64,000 nt of DNA from a phage, in assembly GCA_026683435.1 (NCBI GenBank), contig GCA_026683435.1_4866.1. The stretch is one strand, 5' to 3'. Below, piece by piece: positions 56,355 to 64,000 of the stretch. The number at the start of each line of letters is the position of its first letter. Within the stretch, counting starts at the first letter, position 1. The notes beneath the pieces are model-generated. The model was not told the DNA's origin, made no database searches, and saw nothing but the letters and a program-made list of their open reading frames with translations. The position numbers and the translations under genes were made by a program.

Positions 56355-58133
56355 TTAGCGGCCGATTTTAGCAATGTCTTCTTCGGTCGGTCTGATGTAC
56401 GGGTCCAGTTTAGGATTCCGCATCATTACCAAACTTGGGTTGGTCTTCATGTACGGGTTGAGGATGTTTGCCTTAAACGGTGCCGACTTAGGAATATAGT
56501 AGACGTTACCGCATTCCAGATGCGACGCAGATGCGTGCTTAGTACGGTCGTTCAAGTTAACGGTCTTGCCTCCTTTCTTCGAACGCTTAGCATCGGTTTC
56601 GGTTTGACCGATGGCGTGCGTAGACACTGCCAATACCATTGATTCTGTAGAGGCATTGAAGAAACTGATACCGCCGTTGCTCGTAATGGTGCGCATCACC
56701 AGATTGAGCACGATCTGTTTGTTCAGTGCGTCTCGAATAGACTTCGCCGCTGTCTCTGGAGTCCGATGTTCCAGCTGCCCCAGTTTCCAACGTATTTTCG
56801 AGATCGTTGTGGTAAAGCCGCGTTGACCCAACAGTAAATAATCGGTTACCGTGAGACGTTTTCCGTACATAGACGGAATATCATCTTGTTTGGTAAGACG
56901 AGTACGCACCATCAGCTGCGTGGTGTACCAGAGGAAATCAAACATATCCAAATCATCAGGGATGGACGGATCGTTTGCCATCAGCTCACCACGGAAGGTG
57001 CTGTTGACATAGCGTTCGCATTCCTGGAAGTGGCTGTCCATACTGCGACTCAGTTCGATATCCGAGGGCTTCAGTCCGCGAATACTACGACCCAACACTT
57101 CGCGCCAGGAGGCTGCAGAGTTGAGGTTCGCAATATCTTCGTCCATTGCCATTTCGTTAATCTGTGTAAACAGCCCCGGCAGTGTTGGTGCACGACCGTT
57201 CTTACTGTTCTGTTTACCTGCGTAGTAGTGCGCTGCTTTGAAGAACGCAGCAGTCGCTACCAGCAACAGATGTTCATTCTGATCCCAACGCCCTGCATCG
57301 GTGTTAGGCATATCTTCACGTTTAACCAACAGTACGTACTGGATGGTCTTCGCGAGTTGTGGCTCACCGGACTGAATCACCACATACTTCGTTAAGTCCA
57401 CATCACGTACTTTAATCGCTGGCCAAATCGCCACATCAACACCCGCATAACGCTTCACAGCTTGTTTAAAGCCGTAGCGCCCGAAGAGCCAATACATCAA
57501 CGGCTTCTCATCGGTGTCGTGTCCAATCTGTCCGGTTGAGACAAACAGATTCGATGTACCTGGCAAGAACAGCTGCTCAGGGCGACCATTCACCAGAATC
57601 TTCGTTGGTTTCTTACAGAACTTGATAGACACCTTGCGGGTGAAGTCAAAGTTAATAAAGATACCACCGTGCTCACGACAAATACCAGGTTGGTGGATTA
57701 CAGGTGCTACGTGGTACGTTGTACCGTAGTAGTTCATTAAGCCGCCACGACGAATAAACGGCAGGCTCATTGGTCGTTGCACCGGGCGAGGATCGCCTGG
57801 AACTCGGAACGAGGCCATTACCATATACGTGTCAGTGGATGAGATGTTAATAATTGACCGGCCACGATTGTTTCGTGAATTGTTATCCGACTTCGATAAC
57901 TTAAAGATAAAAGCTTCAAACGGGGACATCTGACGGCAGCCTAACACCGTTAACCCTTCTGGTAATTTCGGGTTATCGATTTCATCATACGTCAACTCAC
58001 GACGTAGAATGGTTGCCACACGATCATGTATCCCGTCTTTAGCTTGTGTGTACCCAACTCCTTCTGCAATTGCACGATTAAAAGGCACTATTTCGCCTGC
58101 CTCTTTAATCTTCCTAATCGCATCTTTAAACAC
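56355..58133 (-). CDS. large hypothetical protein (592 aa)
   Basis: ORF track; no recognisable motif. Confidence 0.7.
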   Translation of the reverse strand: MFKDAIRKIKEAGEIVPFNRAIAEGVGYTQAKDGIHDRVATILRRELTYDEIDNPKLPEGLTVLGCRQMSPFEAFIFKLSKSDNNSRNNRGRSIINISSTDTYMVMASFRVPGDPRPVQRPMSLPFIRRGGLMNYYGTTYHVAPVIHQPGICREHGGIFINFDFTRKVSIKFCKKPTKILVNGRPEQLFLPGTSNLFVSTGQIGHDTDEKPLMYWLFGRYGFKQAVKRYAGVDVAIWPAIKVRDVDLTKYVVIQSGEPQLAKTIQYVLLVKREDMPNTDAGRWDQNEHLLLVATAAFFKAAHYYAGKQNSKNGRAPTLPGLFTQINEMAMDEDIANLNSAASWREVLGRSIRGLKPSDIELSRSMDSHFQECERYVNSTFRGELMANDPSIPDDLDMFDFLWYTTQLMVRTRLTKQDDIPSMYGKRLTVTDYLLLGQRGFTTTISKIRWKLGQLEHRTPETAAKSIRDALNKQIVLNLVMRTITSNGGISFFNASTESMVLAVSTHAIGQTETDAKRSKKGGKTVNLNDRTKHASASHLECGNVYYIPKSAPFKANILNPYMKTNPSLVMMRNPKLDPYIRPTEEDIAKIGR

Positions 58134-58144
58134 ACCGGCCTCCC

Positions 58145-59149
58145 TCAGAGAATCATCCCAACGAGTGCTACCCCTGCAGCCAAATACGCGGGAATGGATT
58201 TCAAGAACTCCGAGCTATCTTTTCGCTGATAAGCTCGGGACTCGTATTGGTCTTTACGAACATCGGAACGCAACTTAAGCTCATTCGTCTGGATTGTGTT
58301 AAGGGTGTTAATCCTCTCCTTCTCTAGCGCCAGATTATTAAGTTGTGTACGATAATCGAGGTCTTGCCGATTCTTTTTCTCATCGAGATCTTGCAACTTG
58401 GCCTGATACGTGGCTTCCAGCTTCGCACGAACATCTCGCAACTCTGGAATGTTATCGAGCCACCGATAACGCCTCGCTTCATCTTCAGATGCAAACGCCC
58501 GGAACGGGGACATCGGGTCATCGAAAGAGTACATTATCATCTTACCCCCTTCGACGCACTCCGCACCACCGATTACCATGTAAATACCCTCGTCGTAATA
58601 CTTCGATCGAATCGGTTCGACTTCCAACATCGTTGTATAGAACCTCAGCCACTTTAAAGGTGCTGGGTCTTCGTACTTCTGTACAACTACCACGCCCAAG
58701 GCAAATTCTTTACGATCCCCTCCTGGCTTACCAATGACCTCAGAATCGAGTTTTACTGGTTGGGTAGAGAAAGCCATTCCTAGCTTCTTCAACACCACCA
58801 AGTCGCCTCGCATTAACGCACCGATATCATCAACTACATACATCAGCGTTGTTTCGCCGTTCGTAGTTAATTCCTTACATATCTGCGCATACTGCTTTGG
58901 CGAATGTGCGTCGCGCAAACCAGATAGGTTAGCACCGTTCGCAAACACCGTATAGGTCACGTAAATAACAATCCCAAATTCCGCCGCTGTGGTGGACGAC
59001 GGGGCTAAAACAAAATGCCCGCCACTGAGTTCAGTGACGTATATGGGAAACCCGGTATTATTTTCGTACGTGATAGTCTTCGACACGGCACCACGGTGCA
59101 TGGGCCGCTGGGTTAGCGTTGGCTGAACGTCTAAATCATAACGGTTCAT
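58145..59149 (-). CDS. coiled-coil protein with C-terminal transmembrane anchor (334 aa)
   Basis: Track start 59173 is TTG; ATG at 59149 (MNRYDL...); C-terminal IPAYLAAGVALVGMIL. Confidence 0.65.
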   Translation of the reverse strand: MNRYDLDVQPTLTQRPMHRGAVSKTITYENNTGFPIYVTELSGGHFVLAPSSTTAAEFGIVIYVTYTVFANGANLSGLRDAHSPKQYAQICKELTTNGETTLMYVVDDIGALMRGDLVVLKKLGMAFSTQPVKLDSEVIGKPGGDRKEFALGVVVVQKYEDPAPLKWLRFYTTMLEVEPIRSKYYDEGIYMVIGGAECVEGGKMIMYSFDDPMSPFRAFASEDEARRYRWLDNIPELRDVRAKLEATYQAKLQDLDEKKNRQDLDYRTQLNNLALEKERINTLNTIQTNELKLRSDVRKDQYESRAYQRKDSSEFLKSIPAYLAAGVALVGMIL

Positions 59150-59183
59150 TGAACATCCCAGTAATAATACCAAAAGAATTATT

Positions 59184-59209
59184 CACGTAGATAATATCTA
59201 TCTCAGATT
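59184..59209 (-). promoter_or_regulatory. promoter/operator-like element, copy 6
   Basis: Plus cacgtagataatatctatctcagatt, about 40 nt upstream of ATG 59149. Confidence 0.5.
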
Positions 59210-59262
59210 ACTTTGGGCACGGGTTCATACCCAGTGCCCTTAACGTAAAAAACTTTAGGGTA

Positions 59263-59346
59263 TCAAACGTGGTGACCGTTCGCCATAGAACCGCGCCCAT
59301 CAAACATCGGTGCAACTAGTCTTGATCTCTCTAAATTGACTTCCAT
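59263..59346 (-). CDS. possible 27-codon small ORF between two promoter-like elements
   Basis: ATG at 59346 with AAGGAG SD; MEVNLERSRLVAPMFDGRGSMANGHHV. Confidence 0.3.
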   Translation of the reverse strand: MEVNLERSRLVAPMFDGRGSMANGHHV

Positions 59347-59380
59347 TACTGTCTCCTTAAGTTAAAACCGAATGACTCTC

Positions 59381-59406
59381 TCCCTAAGATAATATCTATC
59401 TATAAA
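59381..59406 (-). promoter_or_regulatory. promoter/operator-like element, copy 7
   Basis: Plus tccctaagataatatctatctataaa, just downstream (minus sense) of the terminator. Confidence 0.5.
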
Positions 59407-59410
59407 TTTT

Positions 59411-59451
59411 TAGAAAAAAAGAAAAAGCTTACTCCCCGAAGGGAGTAAGCT
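59411..59451 (-). terminator. hairpin terminator after gene 59482..61782
   Basis: gcttactccc-cgaa-gggagtaagc preceded (plus) by aaaaaaagaaaaa. Confidence 0.75.
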
Positions 59452-59481
59452 AATCTTAGGCAACGTAATCCTTACGGATTA

Positions 59482-61782
59482 TTAGCCGCCAGCGCCTTCA
59501 CCGCCAGTACCTGGCTGGGTAGCGCCGCCGCCAACATCACCCGCATTACCGCCATTAGTACCGCCAGTACCGTTGGAAGTAGTAGTGACGTTGAACGCCA
59601 GTTTCTCTTCCACGAACTTGGTGATACCTTTAATCCAGATCAGACCAGTGATCGGGCAGTGGCAGATGTGTGCGTTACGAGGCTGTACTGCCAGCTCTTT
59701 GCTGGTAGCGCCGTTACGCTGGATGTTGATGTTGGTTACCATGATCGGAGACCAGAAGTGGTTACCCCAGTTCAGAACACAGTAAGAACCATCATCAGCG
59801 GTTGGAACTTTCAGAACCCACTGCAGGCGGCGAGTCCAGCTGCCGTCAGCTTCGTTCTTCACACGCCAGCGGTCATCGTTGGTGGTGATAACTTCGTACT
59901 CGTAGCGATCGCCCAGCAGACGCTGGTCACCCTGAACCAGCAGCAGCATTGCAGCAGTCGGTTCGTCAGTTGCGATAACAACTTTCGGCAGTGCGTTCGG
60001 ATCCGCGGTCAGCAGGCGCAGAGCCGGCATGAAACGAGAATCCTGGATAGCACGAGTTACCTGGTCGCCGATACGCTGTACCAGACCCTGACGGGCGTTG
60101 ATGAGCGCATCTTTGGTATCCAGAGACTGGATCACTTTGTCCACTTCGTAGTCGCTTTCGCTGTACCACGGAGCAACCCAGTGACGGCCCAGGCCGCGGA
60201 TAGCAGGTTTGTCCCACGGAGTGATCATGGACGCAGCTGCGTTCTTAACCGCTTCGGTGTAAGACAGAGTCTGAGTGATAGCCAGCATTTCGTTACGGAT
60301 GTTAACCGCAGAAACGAGGTCGTCCAGACGTTCGGTGTCGTCGTATTCAACGCCAACCGGAGATTTGGTCATGATCGGAGAACCGTACTGCAGTTTGTAG
60401 TTCTCTTGTTCCCAAATCGGGTCGAGCAGAAGACCCTGGGTTCTCCGGTTCTCGTTGGTACGAGTACCGTCGAAGCGCCAGCCCAGCAGCTCCAGTTTCA
60501 GGTTGTCGATGATCACTTTACCGGTGCCGCTTTCGATATCAACAGCAGTACCAGTTGCGTCGTACAGACCTTCGATTTCCAGAGACGGTGCAGTCACGTC
60601 AACACGACCAGAGAACTGACCGTTGGTGAACAGAGACATGCTGATGTTCATGGAATAACGAATGGTGTAATCGTTCTGTGCCAGAGCGGCCAGTGCCGGG
60701 ATTTCAGCACCTTTCCAGTCCAGAGACTTGGCGTTCAGGGAGAACACAGTGCGACGGAACTGCAGGACCAGCTCACGGCCATCACCTTCAGGAGGACGCT
60801 GGAAGGTAGCGAACTGCATGTCGCGTACGTTCAGTTTGATCAGCGCACCATCTTTCGCTTCTTCAGTCGGCTTACGCACAGACAGCAGCAGGCTACCCAG
60901 CGCTGCACCCGGTGCGATTTCGTCGGTTTCATCGTAACCTTCCTGCACGATACCTGGATGGGCAGACAGCTGGAACAGATTCAGACGACGTTCAGAGAAG
61001 CTCAGGTAGTTGGTCGGATACGCCGGCACACGACCCAGCTGAACGTTTTCGTTTTCGATGATGTCTTCGGATACGAAGAACTTCGCGTTCTCACCGGTTT
61101 CCATCACGTAAGGTACGATACGGATAGCATCGTCCTGCAGGACTTTGTGGTTAGACAGCGCGTTATGCAGCGGCTGACGGTTGTCTTCAACCACGTCTTT
61201 GGTCAGCAGGGCGTTCAGGATACCACGAGTTACAGTAGTAACTTTGGTACGAACGGTGATGCCGACGTCGTTGGTGTCCACAGTGATGGTCGGGAACAGG
61301 GTTTCTGCAAACTTGGATTGAGTTTCCAGAGCACGCACGTTCAGCGTCCAGGTCAGACCCAGGTTTTTGTCCAGGTCTTTGTTGGTGTAGTATTCGGTTG
61401 CGACCAGCGGAGTTTTACCGTAGTCAGCAGCCAGAGATGCTGCACCAGAAATAGCGATCGGCATGTAGCTGGCATATTCCGGCTTCGCGCTCTCAGCAGC
61501 AACACGGGTCATGAAGTCGTCTTCGTGACCGGCAGCAGCCAGAATCATCGCAGAAGCAACCTGAGCAGCGTGGCTCATGGTTTTGCCAGGGTTTACAGCT
61601 TCGTAGTGCTGCTGAGCAGTGTCACGCAGGTTGGTGAAGCCGGCAGCATTTTTACGTACAGATTCGCCAACGGCTACGGTTTGCCATACGTCATTAGCGG
61701 AAGAGCCTGCCTTGGCAGCAGCGACCAGAGCATTGCCCTGCTGAACCAGCTGGTCCAGACTAGCGATACGGGTATCTTTCAT
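59482..61782 (-). CDS. abundant structural protein, 766 aa; candidate major capsid protein of a large phage (speculative)
   Basis: Strongly optimised codon usage (ctg, cgt, ggt, acc, gaa); Gly-rich C-terminal tail; strong terminator; a capsid protein of this size would suggest a jumbo phage. Confidence 0.7.
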   Translation of the reverse strand: MKDTRIASLDQLVQQGNALVAAAKAGSSANDVWQTVAVGESVRKNAAGFTNLRDTAQQHYEAVNPGKTMSHAAQVASAMILAAAGHEDDFMTRVAAESAKPEYASYMPIAISGAASLAADYGKTPLVATEYYTNKDLDKNLGLTWTLNVRALETQSKFAETLFPTITVDTNDVGITVRTKVTTVTRGILNALLTKDVVEDNRQPLHNALSNHKVLQDDAIRIVPYVMETGENAKFFVSEDIIENENVQLGRVPAYPTNYLSFSERRLNLFQLSAHPGIVQEGYDETDEIAPGAALGSLLLSVRKPTEEAKDGALIKLNVRDMQFATFQRPPEGDGRELVLQFRRTVFSLNAKSLDWKGAEIPALAALAQNDYTIRYSMNISMSLFTNGQFSGRVDVTAPSLEIEGLYDATGTAVDIESGTGKVIIDNLKLELLGWRFDGTRTNENRRTQGLLLDPIWEQENYKLQYGSPIMTKSPVGVEYDDTERLDDLVSAVNIRNEMLAITQTLSYTEAVKNAAASMITPWDKPAIRGLGRHWVAPWYSESDYEVDKVIQSLDTKDALINARQGLVQRIGDQVTRAIQDSRFMPALRLLTADPNALPKVVIATDEPTAAMLLLVQGDQRLLGDRYEYEVITTNDDRWRVKNEADGSWTRRLQWVLKVPTADDGSYCVLNWGNHFWSPIMVTNINIQRNGATSKELAVQPRNAHICHCPITGLIWIKGITKFVEEKLAFNVTTTSNGTGGTNGGNAGDVGGGATQPGTGGEGAGG

Positions 61783-61794
61783 TTCAAGTTTACC

Positions 61795-62319
61795 TTATTT
61801 AGATAAATGACATGCGTACAACTGCGTCAGCACTTCGTGCGCAGCAAACTGCGTCGACGTACTGAACGTATCATCCACGACACGAGTCTTGGGACGCATA
61901 TATTTAAAAAGTTCTGCGCAGAACATCTTTTTCGCAGCGTGGTCTTCACTTAAAGAAAAACCCGGTCCGGATTTAGCTTCTGCAAAAGACGCCACAACAA
62001 CATCGCCACGTTGTGAGAACACCCAACGTAAACGACCGTCGAATGATTCCCCATATAAATCAGCAAGGGTTTCATTCGTACCTTTCTCAACCAGGTTTAA
62101 GACCTGGTCATAATAAAGAGTCGGAAGTGCAGGTGGTGCCATAATCGATTTATAAATCGAAATAGGGTCACTCACTGGCAGTATGATGGAACTAAAGCCC
62201 GACGAGCAGTCATATAACCAGTTAAAGAAGCTTGCTTGGAGTTCCTCCAACTTTTTAACGCCAGCCCCTTTATCTATGTTAGATTGAACTTCCCACGGTG
62301 GACTAAAACGAATTTGCAT
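61795..62319 (-). CDS. hypothetical protein (about 174 aa)
   Basis: Track ORF extends to 62373; first ATG at 62319 (MQIRFSPPWEV...). Confidence 0.55.
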   Translation of the reverse strand: MQIRFSPPWEVQSNIDKGAGVKKLEELQASFFNWLYDCSSGFSSIILPVSDPISIYKSIMAPPALPTLYYDQVLNLVEKGTNETLADLYGESFDGRLRWVFSQRGDVVVASFAEAKSGPGFSLSEDHAAKKMFCAELFKYMRPKTRVVDDTFSTSTQFAAHEVLTQLYACHLSK

Positions 62320-62333
62320 TTTAAGGATGCTCC

Positions 62334-63896
62334 ATGAATAGTAAAATGATGTTGATAACCGCCTTAGCCGCACTGTATACAGAATCTATGCTGACGGACC
62401 CTAGCAAGGATCATGATGTCATAAGAAAAGTTCTGATGCAGATCAAGCTTCCGGAATATGCGGAAGATGGCGAAGAGCGCTTTGCACTCATCGAGATCAA
62501 GGACATTATCACATCTATCATAGACGGCGGCATGGAATACGACCACGCGAGCGTTATGAAGCGCTTGAAGCTGGCCACCACTCAAGTACGTCCTCTATAC
62601 GATACGATTACCAAATTCCTCGAAGACGATTTGCCCGAGGAAGAAGACAAACGTACCGAGCATCTTAATCGACAACTGTCTCAATATTATTTCCAATTAC
62701 GTCAATGTTTACAGAGCGTCGAACTCAAAACAAAAATGGGTCGCGCGTTTGGAGCATTGAATGGAACTGAGACACGTGTTGATCTGAACACCGCAGTGCT
62801 CGAACTCAAAGAGGCGCTATCTACGTTCGGTGAACGCTCTCATAATAAGATTCCATCATTGGTCGGTGAGCTGGTTACAGATAATCGGGCTCCGTTTGTT
62901 AAAGTGTTCGACTCGATTAACAAGAAAGCTGCAGGTAATGGTTTGCAGACGGGCTGGAAAGCCATTAACCAAATGCTCGGTTGTAACAAAGGGATTACCG
63001 AAGAACTGTGGCTAATGCCAGCGTTACCTTTTAACTGTAAGTCTTTGTTCAGTCTCTTGCTGAGCCTATCGATTCCTATCTTCAACACGCCTGAGAAAGT
63101 AATGGCGGATGTGAAGGGCACACTGCAACCAATTATTCTTGACTTGAGTTTAGAAAACGAACTCGACGTTAACTTAGCTTACGGCTATCAAGCACTGTAC
63201 GGTCATTTTGAAGGACAAGTTCCACAGATGACCATTTCACAGGATGCAACCGCTGAAGAGAAGTTAGCACACACAACAGCAATGTCTGATTACCTCTGTG
63301 GTAAGATTCGCGCAAACGGTTGGGACTACGTTTTCCAAAAGCACACCAACTCCGATTTTAAAGTGCACTACATCAACGACCTTATTCTCGACTTACGTCG
63401 TCGTGGTTATCATGTTGTTGGCATTCGCGCAGACTACTTAGGCACAATCAGCAAAGCAGGACACGGCAACGGTATTGCCGGGAGTGATATCAAAGAAATT
63501 TATCGTATTGCTCGTAACATTCAAGTGGTACGCAACCGTGGGTTCTTAATTGCCCCACACCAGATTTCCCCAGAAGGTAAGCGCTTAAAAGCGTTAGACC
63601 CGGTAGGCTTCTGTAAGAACTTACCTGGTCGTGGTCTTTACGATAGTTGTTCGAGCCTTGATAACGAGGCCGATGGTGAAATGTATTTTAACAAGCGTGT
63701 GGTCAACGGCCATAGCTTCTTAGAAGTTCAACGCGGTAAACACCGCACCATTATCGATACTAAAGAATCTTATCACTACACAGTGATACCTTTCCAGGAT
63801 GTTGGCATCCTGCCATGGGATTGTGATAAAGAAGAAACCGTAACAGCGTCGTCTATCAACTTCTTCACCGGTGGAATGGGTGATGATTTGTTCTAA
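62334..63896 (+). CDS. hypothetical protein (520 aa), plus strand
   Basis: ATG at 62334 with AAGGA SD; head-to-head with 61795..62319. Confidence 0.7.
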   Translation: MNSKMMLITALAALYTESMLTDPSKDHDVIRKVLMQIKLPEYAEDGEERFALIEIKDIITSIIDGGMEYDHASVMKRLKLATTQVRPLYDTITKFLEDDLPEEEDKRTEHLNRQLSQYYFQLRQCLQSVELKTKMGRAFGALNGTETRVDLNTAVLELKEALSTFGERSHNKIPSLVGELVTDNRAPFVKVFDSINKKAAGNGLQTGWKAINQMLGCNKGITEELWLMPALPFNCKSLFSLLLSLSIPIFNTPEKVMADVKGTLQPIILDLSLENELDVNLAYGYQALYGHFEGQVPQMTISQDATAEEKLAHTTAMSDYLCGKIRANGWDYVFQKHTNSDFKVHYINDLILDLRRRGYHVVGIRADYLGTISKAGHGNGIAGSDIKEIYRIARNIQVVRNRGFLIAPHQISPEGKRLKALDPVGFCKNLPGRGLYDSCSSLDNEADGEMYFNKRVVNGHSFLEVQRGKHRTIIDTKESYHYTVIPFQDVGILPWDCDKEETVTASSINFFTGGMGDDLF

Positions 63897-63902
63897 CGAA
63901 CA

Positions 63903-63925
63903 CTGGGGAGCTTAGGCTCCCCTAC
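63903..63925 (+). terminator. possible stem-loop/terminator after plus-strand gene
   Basis: ggggagc-ttag-gctcccc; weak T-run, low confidence. Confidence 0.4.
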
Positions 63926-64000
63926 GGGCAGTTTATGCGTCCTGCCAAGATCAAAAAAAAATACGACGAACTATTTATATGCATGGAATTACCCGAGTGT

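Noticed and set aside
18424-59406. Repeated 15-25 bp element as a CRISPR array or transposon inverted repeats
   Set aside because: Copies are kilobases apart, always in the same orientation relative to a downstream gene, with no regular repeat-spacer spacing and no transposase or cas genes.
59659-61806. 715-aa plus-strand ORF antisense to the 766-aa gene
   Set aside because: Mirror ORF of a strongly codon-biased minus-strand gene; its 'M' is not supported by an SD, the composition is low-complexity, and it is fully embedded in the better-supported gene.
48982-63896. Terminase large subunit among the large right-hand genes
   Set aside because: No Walker A/B ATPase motif was found in any of the large ORFs (48982..51165, 51177..53921, 56355..58133, 62334..63896); the only Walker A in the window belongs to the thymidylate kinase-like protein.
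1-64000. Integrated prophage or temperate module (integrase, repressor, att sites)
   Set aside because: No integrase, excisionase or CI-like repressor/lysogeny switch was recognised; uniform strand and terminator organisation fit a virulent phage. The single XRE-type HTH protein is too little evidence for lysogeny.

Overview
This 64-kb window reads as a contiguous piece of a large virulent tailed-phage genome: bacterial-type Shine-Dalgarno sites, rho-independent terminators, enterobacteria-like codon usage, no host housekeeping genes. About 80 tightly packed genes, all but two on the minus strand. Left part (1-17.5 kb): a partial GH108-type endolysin, then a tandem array of 15 intact genes plus one decayed copy, built from a shared ~110-aa N-terminal module and/or a shared core domain; these are most plausibly tail-fibre/receptor-binding or virion-cargo proteins. 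Middle (17.5-47 kb): about 50 small early/accessory-type genes (Dam methylase, thymidylate kinase, four or five GNAT acetyltransferases, XRE-type HTH regulator, Cys-rich zinc-ribbon protein, PP-loop ATPase plus DUF488, HslV-like Ntn hydrolase, DprA/SLOG-like protein, RuvC-like resolvase, secreted and membrane proteins) in short operons bounded by about 20 hairpin terminators and preceded by seven copies of a 15-bp quasi-palindromic promoter/operator-like element. Right part (47-64 kb): large structural-type genes, including a codon-optimised 766-aa candidate major capsid protein and a 914-aa plus-strand protein with an acidic tail (candidate portal). No tRNA, CRISPR array, integrase, transposase or terminase ATPase was recognised. 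All functional calls are motif recognition by eye, not database searches. Coordinates of hairpins and motifs are approximate (about +/-3 nt). Start codons were moved to the first ATG with an SD where the ORF track had used a TTG/GTG extension.
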